Assembly (NCBI GenBank): GCA_028717245.1
Contig: JAQUOD010000003.1
Location: forward strand, 85,636-149,635
Direction: 5' to 3'
Origin: Candidatus Omnitrophota bacterium
Lineage (GTDB): Bacteria; Omnitrophota; Gorgyraeia; Gygaellales; Profunditerraquicolaceae
DNA length: 64,000 nt
Of the stretch, positions 36,120 to 43,645 are shown piece by piece (within the stretch, counting starts at the first letter, position 1; the number at the start of each line of letters is the position of its first letter). The translations under genes and the position numbers were made by a program. The notes beneath the pieces were generated by a model. That model was not told where the DNA came from. It made no database searches and was given only the letters and a program-made list of their open reading frames with translations.

Positions 36120-36399
36120 ACGTTTCGCCTCTTCAAAATCAAAATATTTTGATTTGCCTGATGGCGAAGAAACCCAAGTAAAATTTCTTTATGCAGAAGA
36201 AGTCCCTAATCATTTTGATGGCGGAGAAACAGTTTGTATTCGCTATCACTTTGACGTTGATGGTAAAGAAATGCTTTGGGATAGAACTTCGAGAGAGTTA
36301 GCTAAACAAATAGCTTCGATTTCTGAAGGAGAAACAATTTTAATAAAAAGAACCGGTGAAAAAAGTAAAACTAAATATTTTATCAGGAAAGTTGAATAA
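36085..36399 (+). CDS. Hypothetical protein (104 aa)
   Basis: ORF only. Confidence 0.35.
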   Translation: MVKMNKSRDLLKRFASSKSKYFDLPDGEETQVKFLYAEEVPNHFDGGETVCIRYHFDVDGKEMLWDRTSRELAKQIASISEGETILIKRTGEKSKTKYFIRKVE

Positions 36400-36616
36400 T
36401 GACATCAACAAGGCCCCTGTCAATTTTTCATCGCTCTGACCTACTTACTCTGTCAACGATGACCTATACAAGCATGCAGGGGCTTTGTTTTAGATTTAGA
36501 TATTGCTTTAGAGATATGCTTGGTAGGAATAAAGAGTAAAGCTTAGGCCAATAGAACGTAATTAAGTTATTTATTTCTATATATAGATAATAGTCATTTA
36601 AGAGGAGGGGAAGGAT

Positions 36617-36868
36617 ATGGGATTAACCGGAGTTAACAAATTATGTGCTCAGTGTATAAATAAATGTAAGCAGTGGAGGGAAATCAAGGTAATCAGCTGT
36701 CCACTTTTTATAAGCACGCAAAGAAAAAAACCTGATCTGAATGGCAGAAATTTTCAAGGCATACCCAACAAGCACAGGGGAATGGCGGAAATGCCATTCT
36801 TTGAGGCGTTTTCTGAAGAAAGGAATAAAGATATGGCTTCTGAGTTTATGGATACCCTGCAAGCGTGA
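36617..36868 (+). CDS. Hypothetical small protein with CxxC..C zinc-ribbon-like N-terminus
   Basis: CAQCINKCKQW; GGAGGGG RBS. Confidence 0.35.
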   Translation: MGLTGVNKLCAQCINKCKQWREIKVISCPLFISTQRKKPDLNGRNFQGIPNKHRGMAEMPFFEAFSEERNKDMASEFMDTLQA

Positions 36869-36912
36869 GATATTAGTACAAACTATACTAAACTATACCA
36901 CATTGAACGGAA

Positions 36913-37299
36913 ATGGATAAAAAGACGAAACTGTCAAACAGGCAATTATTAACAGTCAGTCATATCATTACTTCTCCTACCCTTGAAGAAGCCAGAAGGA
37001 AAGCTAAGGTAAGTAAGGGAACTTTATACGCTTGGTTAAAAGAAGAAGCCTTTAAGGTTGAGTTGAAGCGTCAGAGAGATGAAGTTATTAAAGAAGCGCT
37101 CTCTCGGTTAAAGAGTGCTATATCCCAGGCTGTAGAAAAATTGGTTAAGTTACTTGATAATGAAAAGCCAGATTTGAGGCGCCTAGTTTGTAGGGATATA
37201 CTGAATTATGCTTTAAAGAGCATTGAACTAGAAGATATCGAGACAAGGATAGCCAATCTGGAAGAAAAAACAAAATTAGCACGGAAATTTCACAGATGA
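36913..37299 (+). CDS. HTH DNA-binding protein (terminase-small-subunit-like or regulator)
   Basis: TLEEARRKAKVSKGTLYAWLK helix-turn-helix. Confidence 0.45.
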   Translation: MDKKTKLSNRQLLTVSHIITSPTLEEARRKAKVSKGTLYAWLKEEAFKVELKRQRDEVIKEALSRLKSAISQAVEKLVKLLDNEKPDLRRLVCRDILNYALKSIELEDIETRIANLEEKTKLARKFHR

Positions 37300-37553
37300 G
37301 AATTGAGAAGAGATTAGAACGGCTCGAGAAAGATATAGGGGATAAATTTCAGCCAGACCCCGGAGAAATTATTATCAATGGCAAAAGGTTAGACCAAATG
37401 ACAACGGAGGAGTTGATAGCAGATGTCAATAAGAAGGTTAAGGCCATGGAGGATACAGAGTATGGAAGGAAAATAATGAAACTATCCATAGACGATAAAA
37501 TAAAACGTCTAAACCAATGGGCTATTACCGGCGTTTGTCCACCATTAGATTAG
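37296..37553 (+). CDS. Hypothetical coiled-coil protein (85 aa)
   Basis: ORF overlapping upstream stop (ATGA). Confidence 0.35.
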   Translation: MRIEKRLERLEKDIGDKFQPDPGEIIINGKRLDQMTTEELIADVNKKVKAMEDTEYGRKIMKLSIDDKIKRLNQWAITGVCPPLD

Positions 37554-37581
37554 CCAAATTTATGGGGAGAATATGAAAAAA

Positions 37582-37609
37582 GGCATTTTTTGGGCATTTT
37601 TTGGGCACA
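37582..37609 (+). promoter_or_regulatory. Triple GGCA/GGGCA/GGGCACA direct-repeat operator-like site upstream of xis
   Basis: aGGCAttttttGGGCAttttttGGGCACAaaat. Confidence 0.45.
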
Positions 37610-37688
37610 AAATTAAGGTTATCTTTTGTTATGTATTGCAAACAAAGAAGTTAGTAAAAGTTAGTGCAGAATAAGGAAATCTAACCTT

Positions 37689-37895
37689 GTGGAAAAGTTA
37701 CTTACGATAAGCCAATTAAGTGAGTTATTACAAGTTAGTCCAAAGACAATTTATCAATGGACGCACATAGGTTTTGTTCCTCACTATAAATTCCCTAAAG
37801 GTGTTCGTTTTAGGATAATAGAAATAGAAAATTGGTTAAAAAGCAGGAAAAAAAGAGGGAGAGCTTCGTATGTCTTGGTTGACAAAGGACCATAA
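37689..37895 (+). CDS. xis: AlpA/excisionase-family HTH protein (Xis)
   Basis: LLTISQLSELLQVSPKTIYQW...GVRFRIIEIENWL pattern typical of phage excisionase/AlpA. Confidence 0.7.
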   Translation: MEKLLTISQLSELLQVSPKTIYQWTHIGFVPHYKFPKGVRFRIIEIENWLKSRKKRGRASYVLVDKGP

Positions 37896-38775
37896 TTATG
37901 TTATTTTAAGGCAGCATAAGGAGATAACTTTGAAAGGTACAATTCAAGAAAAAACAAAGATTGCATACCTTGGTCCGGAAGAAACCTTTAGCCATCAGGT
38001 TGTAGATGAGCTCTTTGGAGATTCGGCAATATACCTACCTCAAGATAATTTTCCCTCAGTTATAAAACTTATATGCGACGGCAAGGCAGACAGAGGTGTT
38101 ATTCCATTCTTTAACCCCTATGAAGAACATATACGCGAATGTCAAGAAGAGCTATTCAAAACCGATTTAATAGCAACAAATGTTCATAAGATTGATATTG
38201 ATTTATACTTAGCAACTAACAGATTACGTTTGGATGAGGTAAAATCAATACGATCTAATGAGCATGTGTTTAAACAATGTGATGTTTGGTTAAGTCAACA
38301 TTTACCAGAAATACGTTTTGATGGAAGAGGTAGCACCGCGGGAGCAGCCGAGGATATAAAAAAAATACCTTATGCCGCGGCAATCTGCTCATTTAAAGCT
38401 GCCATAAAAAACGATCTGGATATTTTAGCAAAAAGCATACAAAATACAAAGAATTTCACATTATTTTTTGTTATACAAAAAGCAGATACCATAGAAGAAT
38501 GGGAAGACTATTCATTTCTTTGTTTCAAGATAAAAGATGCTAAAGAACAAAAAGCAATATTGGATATTCTTCAGAAACATCGTTTCAGAAGTTCGCAAAA
38601 GTGGGATTTTCCTCATCCGACGGGGGAATACATACTTTTCTTCTTAGAGTTTTTTGGAGCTTATCTTGATGCAAATGTTGTTTCTTTTATCGCAGAGGTT
38701 AAAAAATACTTTCCAGACTGTAAACTGATAGGGACTTTTAAGGAGAGTATTACGAGAAGAATGGTTGAAATTTAG
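37870..38775 (+). CDS. Divergent prephenate-dehydratase (PDT)-like domain protein
   Basis: IAYLGPEETFSH, SNEHVFKQC, STAGAAE, N-FTLF (cf. PDT IAYLGPEGTFS, SHPQALAQC, STAAAA, N-TRF); Arg of TRF replaced by Leu. Confidence 0.45.
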   Translation: MSWLTKDHNYVILRQHKEITLKGTIQEKTKIAYLGPEETFSHQVVDELFGDSAIYLPQDNFPSVIKLICDGKADRGVIPFFNPYEEHIRECQEELFKTDLIATNVHKIDIDLYLATNRLRLDEVKSIRSNEHVFKQCDVWLSQHLPEIRFDGRGSTAGAAEDIKKIPYAAAICSFKAAIKNDLDILAKSIQNTKNFTLFFVIQKADTIEEWEDYSFLCFKIKDAKEQKAILDILQKHRFRSSQKWDFPHPTGEYILFFLEFFGAYLDANVVSFIAEVKKYFPDCKLIGTFKESITRRMVEI

Positions 38776-38776
38776 T

Positions 38777-38806
38777 TTGACAAAGTGAGAAAAGATACTA
38801 TATAAT
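38777..38806 (+). promoter_or_regulatory. Sigma70-type promoter (TTGACA ... TATATAAT)
   Basis: TTGACA 38777-38782; tactatataat 38797-38806. Confidence 0.45.
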
Positions 38807-38831
38807 AGAGTACATCCTATCCTATCACAAT

Positions 38832-39095
38832 ATGACTAAAAACGAAGAAATGAAACCATTTCTGAACTTGACAACTGTCCAGATTAACGGTTGGGCTATG
38901 GCTTTTTGCCCTGAATTTGAGGTATCTGCTTGTGGTCCTGATCGCGATGCAGTGGTCGAGGATTTATTTGATATGGTCAAAAGGAACGCAAGCATATTCT
39001 TGCAAGAAGAGTCAACTTCTCCGGCTCTAAGAAAATGGTCGAAAGAAGTTGTTGATCATCAGGATCGTATTGCAGATTTATTCAAAACAGCTTAA
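38832..39095 (+). CDS. HicB-like (UPF0150) antitoxin-fold protein, solitary
   Basis: INGWAMAFCPEFEVSACGPDRDAVVEDLFDMVK resembles HicB N-domain; no HicA partner seen. Confidence 0.35.
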   Translation: MTKNEEMKPFLNLTTVQINGWAMAFCPEFEVSACGPDRDAVVEDLFDMVKRNASIFLQEESTSPALRKWSKEVVDHQDRIADLFKTA

Positions 39096-39187
39096 TAGTA
39101 GTAGTCATTTGTCACGGTTTTTATAAAAACAGAAGTGGTTAATTACTTCTGTTTTTTTATTTGTAATTTTATAAAATAAGATACTTC

Positions 39188-39205
39188 TGTGCCCAAAATG
39201 TGCCC
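39188..39205 (-). promoter_or_regulatory. GGGCACA-TTTT-GGGCACA operator-like site (reverse orientation) near island right end
   Basis: tgtgcccaaaatgtgccca. Confidence 0.4.
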
Positions 39206-39338
39206 ATCCAAGTGAAAAACATCGGGAAACAAAGGGTAACATCAGGCAACATCCAGACTCGCTAATCCATTGACAATAAAAGCATTGGATATTTAATACA
39301 TTAAAACACAGAGGGTTAGGGAAATAAGCACGATGGAC

Positions 39339-39352
39339 TCCCTCCCTCGGCA
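39339..39352 (+). repeat. attR core: 14-bp direct repeat TCCCTCCCTCGGCA
   Basis: exact copy of tRNA-Phe 3' end (28453-28466). Confidence 0.65.
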
Positions 39353-39358
39353 CCATAT

Positions 39359-39400
39359 AAAAACGAGAGGTTTCAGTAAGCCTCTCGTTTTGCTTTATTT
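39359..39400. terminator. Bidirectional intrinsic terminator (aaacgagagg/cctctcgttt 10-bp stem)
   Basis: perfect 10-bp stem, A-tract upstream and T-tract downstream. Confidence 0.6.
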
Positions 39401-39496
39401 AGGCGTAATTGGTTAAGTTATGAAGCGGTTTACGTCCCTTTTATTCGTTTAGGGACGCTTGGAAAGATTGCATAGTTTTATATAACATTGATTCTT

Positions 39497-39516
39497 AATG
39501 GCACGCTAATGGCACA
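39497..39516 (+). promoter_or_regulatory. AATGGCAC direct-repeat pair ~150 bp outside attR (same half-site and 11-bp phasing as island motif)
   Basis: aatggcacgctaatggcaca. Confidence 0.3.
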
Positions 39517-39674
39517 ATTCTAATTTTCTTACCTGACACAGAGAGTCTTTCTGTCGCGCCGTATTTCTAGACGTCCTTAGCGGGGATACCTCTCAAATTT
39601 ACAAATAGCTGTTTACAGAGAGTCCGCCCCTTTATCGAATATTACTGCCCGAGCGGGGCCACCTTAAAAAATAC

Positions 39675-39719
39675 TTGACAAAAAATCAGAATAGTGTATA
39701 TTTAATAATGAAAACCATT
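39675..39719 (+). promoter_or_regulatory. fur promoter (TTGACA-16-TGtATATT) with overlapping Fur-box-like palindrome (taataatgaaaaccatt)
   Basis: TTGACA 39675-39680; TATATT 39697-39702; AATGaaaacCATT immediately downstream. Confidence 0.4.
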
Positions 39720-39735
39720 CCCAATAAGGAGCGAT

Positions 39736-40209
39736 ATGCTAAGAAGCGAATGTAGAGGGCAAGGGTGGTGGCACGGTAAATTCAGAGGCTGCGGCTATAG
39801 GCTTACCCTGGGCCGGGAGGCTATCCTTGATGTCTTATCGAAGGCCGAAGGCCACTTAAGCGCCGAAGATATATACTTGAAGATACATCCGAAGCATCCT
39901 AACGTAGGTTTGACTACCGTTTACCGGACATTAGATGTATTATCAGGCCTTGGTATGGTTTATAAACTTGATTTCGGAGACGGTCGTTCACGCTATGAGT
40001 TTGCCGAAGGGCCTAAGGGGGCACACCACCATCACCACTTAGTCTGTACCCAGTGCAATAAGGTGATTGACTACACCGATTTTATAGACGATGAGGTTGA
40101 ATTGCTCAATCAGACCGAAAAAGGCTTAGGGCAAAAGTATAAGTTTAAGATCACAAATCATCTGATACAGTTTTACGGTTTGTGCGAGGATTGTAGCGGT
40201 AAAAAATAG
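39736..40209 (+). CDS. fur: Fur-family metal-responsive transcriptional regulator
   Basis: winged-helix LTTVYRTLDVLSGLGMV, His-rich HHHHH..C..C and C-terminal CxxC; N-terminal start uncertain. Confidence 0.8.
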   Translation: MLRSECRGQGWWHGKFRGCGYRLTLGREAILDVLSKAEGHLSAEDIYLKIHPKHPNVGLTTVYRTLDVLSGLGMVYKLDFGDGRSRYEFAEGPKGAHHHHHLVCTQCNKVIDYTDFIDDEVELLNQTEKGLGQKYKFKITNHLIQFYGLCEDCSGKK

Positions 40210-40272
40210 CCGCTATATTTTTTTACTTCTAAATGAAAATCATTTTCATTAAGTGTAAGGAGGGTAAAGGTT

Positions 40273-40788
40273 ATGCCAAGATTTGACGGTACTGGCCCTT
40301 TAGGTAAAGGGCCGTTTACCGGAAGAGGGATGGGGTATTGTGTGATTAAATTAGATTCTAAAAACGATGATCTTCAAAAAAATGAAGGGAAGGAGGTACT
40401 TAATATGCCAAGAGGAGACGGAACAGGGCCGATGGGATTAGGTCCCATGACCGGAAGAGCGGCAGGTTTCTGCGCTGGATATTCGGTGCCCGGCTATATG
40501 AATTCGATTCCCGGCAGGGGTTATTTTGGCAGAGGAAGAGGATTTTATGGTCGTGGCGGCGGAAGAGGGTGGCGCAATTTGTATTATGCCACGGGTATTC
40601 CTGGCTGGCAAAGAGCCTCAATGGGGATGCCTGCTTTTGGCGGAGCGTATCCTTATGCTCCGGAAATGACTTCGAAGCAGGAAGCGGATATCTTAAAGAA
40701 TGAAGCAGATTTTTTAAAAAAACAGCTTGAAGATGTCCAGGCCCGTATCGAGGCGTTAGAAAAAGTTCAGGCAGAAAAGAATGAATAG
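40273..40788 (+). CDS. DUF5320-like protein with duplicated MPRxDGTGPxGxGPxTGR motif and C-terminal coiled coil
   Basis: MPRFDGTGPLGKGPFTGRGMGYC and MPRGDGTGPMGLGPMTGRAAGFCAGY internal repeats. Confidence 0.55.
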   Translation: MPRFDGTGPLGKGPFTGRGMGYCVIKLDSKNDDLQKNEGKEVLNMPRGDGTGPMGLGPMTGRAAGFCAGYSVPGYMNSIPGRGYFGRGRGFYGRGGGRGWRNLYYATGIPGWQRASMGMPAFGGAYPYAPEMTSKQEADILKNEADFLKKQLEDVQARIEALEKVQAEKNE

Positions 40789-40858
40789 CTGCTATGGGGT
40801 GAGGGGATGAAAATAAGCTTTATCCCTTCACTCTGATTATTTTTTAAAAGGAGGAATT

Positions 40859-41275
40859 ATGCGCGTAGCTATATCTACAGATGGAGAGTTTGTATCTGCC
40901 CATTTTGGCAGGTGCCCTTCCTTTACTCTTATCGATATTGAAAATGGCAAGATAACCAAAAGGACGGAAGTGGCAAATCCCGGGCATCAGCCGGGGGCTA
41001 TCCCGCAGTTTCTGCATCAAAAAGGCGTAAATTGTATTGTTGCCGGAGGTATGGGAGCGCGGGCAACCTCATTTTTTGAGGAATATAGCATCAAGACGAT
41101 TGTAGGGATAAGTGGAAAGATAGATGATGTGGTGGAACAGCTTAAGAAGGGTACTTTGGAAGGCGGAGAAAGCCTTTGCAAGCCCGGTGTGGGAAAAGGG
41201 TATGGTTTAGATAAGTCGATATGCGACCATCCGCACGAAGATAATTGTGATCATTCGGGAGGTGAGAATATATGA
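40859..41275 (+). CDS. NifX/NifB-type (dinitrogenase FeMo-cofactor-binding fold) protein
   Basis: MRVAISTDGEFVSAHFGRCPSFTLIDIENG ... CIVAGGMGARA pattern. Confidence 0.7.
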   Translation: MRVAISTDGEFVSAHFGRCPSFTLIDIENGKITKRTEVANPGHQPGAIPQFLHQKGVNCIVAGGMGARATSFFEEYSIKTIVGISGKIDDVVEQLKKGTLEGGESLCKPGVGKGYGLDKSICDHPHEDNCDHSGGENI

Positions 41276-41649
41276 AAATATGCATTACTTCAGAAAGCGG
41301 CAGTTTAGATTCTAAGGTAGATCCGCGATTCGGTAGGTGTCAATATTTCATTATTGCTGATACCGATACTTTAGAATTTGAGGTTATTGTAAATCCGAAT
41401 ACCGAATCTATGGGAGGAGCGGGGATTCAATCGGCGCAGTTAGTTAGTTCAAAACAGGTAAAGGCCGTGATTACGGGAAATGTAGGTCCTAATGCCTTTC
41501 AGACTTTACAGGCTGCTGGCATAGAAATTTTTACCGGCGCATCAGGTACGGTAAAAGAAGTAATTGAGAAATATAAAAAGGGAGAATTTAAGGCAGTTTC
41601 CGGCCCCAGTGTTGGTTCACATGCCGGAATGCCGGGAAAGAAAAAATAA
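41272..41649 (+). CDS. NifX/NifB-type cofactor-binding fold protein (paralog)
   Basis: MKICITSESGSLDSKVDPRFGRCQYFIIAD ... AVITGNVGPNA. Confidence 0.7.
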   Translation: MKICITSESGSLDSKVDPRFGRCQYFIIADTDTLEFEVIVNPNTESMGGAGIQSAQLVSSKQVKAVITGNVGPNAFQTLQAAGIEIFTGASGTVKEVIEKYKKGEFKAVSGPSVGSHAGMPGKKK

Positions 41650-41753
41650 TAGCACTCAATCCTATTATGCATCCTGCCGTATTGAATCGGCAGGTGCGCC
41701 CGCCGCCTTTGCGGCGATAGATTGGCGTAAAGTAACTGGTTAAGGAGCAGCTT

Positions 41754-41921
41754 ATGGCAGCGAAGGTAGACAAAAAGAAATGTAACGGTTGCGGCACATG
41801 CAAAGATATTTGCCCTGTAAACGCTATAAAGATAGAAAAAGAAAAGGCGGTTATCAGCGATGATTGCGTGGAATGCGGCGCGTGCGTAAATCAGTGCCCG
41901 AATGAGGCAATCTCAATTTAG
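41754..41921 (+). CDS. Small 2x[4Fe-4S] ferredoxin (55 aa; below ORF-track cutoff)
   Basis: [12 protein letters not shown] and [12 protein letters not shown]; AAGGAG RBS. Confidence 0.7.
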   Translation: MAAKVDKKKCNGCGTCKDICPVNAIKIEKEKAVISDDCVECGACVNQCPNEAISI

Positions 41922-41929
41922 GAGGTTTG

Positions 41930-43108
41930 ATGGATAGGCATAAGTATTTTTTTAGCTCCGAATCAGTTGGAGAGGGGCATCCGGATAAGTTATGCGATCA
42001 GATATCAGATGGGGTATTAGATGAAGTCTTAAAACTTGACCCTAATAATGAAAAAAGCAGAGTTGCCTGCGAGACTTACGTTACAATGGGGCTTCTGGTT
42101 ATTGGAGGGGAGATTATGACTTCCGCCTATGTTAATATCCAGAAACTTGCCCGTGAGATTATTCGAGAAATAGGTTATACCCACCCGAAATATGGTTTTG
42201 ATCACGAGACCTGTGCTATTGTAAATACCATTAATAGCCAATCTCCTGATATCGCGCAAGGAGTGAATATCGGAGGGGCGGGAGACCAGGGGATTATGTT
42301 TGGTTATGCTTGTAATGAGACCAAGGAGTATATGCCGCTACCGATAACACTGGCGCATAAATTGGTTAAACGCATGGCCGATGTGCGCAGAGCCGGTATT
42401 TTAAAATATCTTGGCCCGGATTGCAAATCGCAGGTAACGGTAGAATATCACGATGGCAAGCCTAAGCGGATAGACGCAGTTGTGCTTGCTTGTCAGCATA
42501 CCGATACTATCTTGGACAAAACAGGAAAAAATATAACTTCAAAGGCGCGTCAAGAGCTTATTGACGTTATCGCTAAGCCTATTTTAGAAGGTTTGGTAGA
42601 TAGGAATACAAAATATTATGTTAATCAAACGGGAAAATTCTTAATCGGCGGGCCGCAATCCGATACCGGGATGACCGGCAGAAAAATAATTGTGGATACT
42701 TATGGCGGAACCGTCGCCCATGGCGGCGGGGCATTCTCAGGAAAAGACCCTACAAAGGTCGATCGTTCCGCAGCCTATATGTGCCGTTATATCGCTAAGA
42801 ATATGGTTACCGCAGGGCTTGCTGAGAAATTTCTTGTTCAGTTGGCTTATGTTATCGGTTATTCAGAGCCGCTTTCTGTCTATGTAGAAACCTATGGCAC
42901 AGGGAAATTACCTAATGAGCAACTGGTTAAGCTTATTCGCGAAAATTTTAAGCTTACGCCAAGGGGTATAATTGATTCACTAAAATTACTCAGGCCGGTT
43001 TATAGGAAAACTGCCTGTTACGGGCATTTTGGCCGTGATGACGCAGGTTTTAACTGGGAATTGACGGATAAGGCAGAGGCGTTAAAAAAACAGGCTTCGA
43101 GATTATAA
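41930..43108 (+). CDS. metK: S-adenosylmethionine synthetase
   Basis: [21 protein letters not shown]-terminal signature, [19 protein letters not shown]. Confidence 0.9.
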   Translation: MDRHKYFFSSESVGEGHPDKLCDQISDGVLDEVLKLDPNNEKSRVACETYVTMGLLVIGGEIMTSAYVNIQKLAREIIREIGYTHPKYGFDHETCAIVNTINSQSPDIAQGVNIGGAGDQGIMFGYACNETKEYMPLPITLAHKLVKRMADVRRAGILKYLGPDCKSQVTVEYHDGKPKRIDAVVLACQHTDTILDKTGKNITSKARQELIDVIAKPILEGLVDRNTKYYVNQTGKFLIGGPQSDTGMTGRKIIVDTYGGTVAHGGGAFSGKDPTKVDRSAAYMCRYIAKNMVTAGLAEKFLVQLAYVIGYSEPLSVYVETYGTGKLPNEQLVKLIRENFKLTPRGIIDSLKLLRPVYRKTACYGHFGRDDAGFNWELTDKAEALKKQASRL

Positions 43109-43129
43109 ACAAAAGAGGAGGTGATTTGT

Positions 43130-43381
43130 ATGCCATTTTTTGAGCCGTTAGAAAAGTTGGATCCTAAGCATGTTGATTTAGAAAGAGCAAGAAAATCCCT
43201 GAGGGAAGAGCTTGAAGCAGTAGATTTTTATCAGGAGCGGGTTGACGCAACCGATGATGAGTCATTGAAAAAGCTTCTTGCGCATAATATGAATGAGGAA
43301 AAAGAGCACGCGGCAATGCTTATGGAATGGATTAGAAAGAATGATTCAACGCAAGACAAGATGTTTAAAGAGCATGATTAG
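43130..43381 (+). CDS. Encapsulated-ferritin-like (EncFtn-like) protein
   Basis: EELEAVDFYQERVDATDDESLKKLLAHNMNEEKEHAAMLMEWIRKND matches EncFtn ExxH di-iron motif; GGAGG RBS. Confidence 0.65.
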   Translation: MPFFEPLEKLDPKHVDLERARKSLREELEAVDFYQERVDATDDESLKKLLAHNMNEEKEHAAMLMEWIRKNDSTQDKMFKEHD

Positions 43382-43393
43382 GAGGTGATTAGT

Positions 43394-43645
43394 ATGCCAA
43401 GAGGCGATGGAACTGGCCCTTTAGGTCAAGGCCCAGGTATGGGAAGGGGCATAGGAAGAGGCCGTGGTAGAATGCCTGCCCGTCCGGCAGGCGGGAGCGG
43501 CGGCCGTTTAGGAGCAGGGCCAGGAGGGAATTGCGTCTGCCCAAGCTGCGGGACTAAAGTTGTGCATCAGGCAGGCACACCCTGTTCTTCGATGAATTGC
43601 CCTAAATGCGGGATAAGAATGGTGCGGGAAGGATGGATTGGATAA
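43394..43645 (+). CDS. DUF5320-like MPRGDGTGP-motif protein with C-terminal zinc ribbon
   Basis: MPRGDGTGPLGQGPGMGRG..., CPSCG...CPKCG. Confidence 0.55.
   Translation: MPRGDGTGPLGQGPGMGRGIGRGRGRMPARPAGGSGGRLGAGPGGNCVCPSCGTKVVHQAGTPCSSMNCPKCGIRMVREGWIG

Larger units (their letters stand above)
28453..39352 (+). mobile_element. ~10.9-kb integrative genomic island at tRNA-Phe (integrase + excisionase + unknown cargo)
   Basis: tRNA 3' end duplicated as 14-bp direct repeat at far end; tyrosine integrase adjacent to tRNA; AlpA-type Xis; island-specific GGCACA operator motif; visibly more AT-rich than flanks. Confidence 0.7.

Noticed and set aside
39105-39356. Minus-strand 83-aa ORF overlapping attR
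   Set aside because: Spans the attachment-site repeat and intergenic AT-rich DNA, Cys/Phe-rich implausible product, no RBS.
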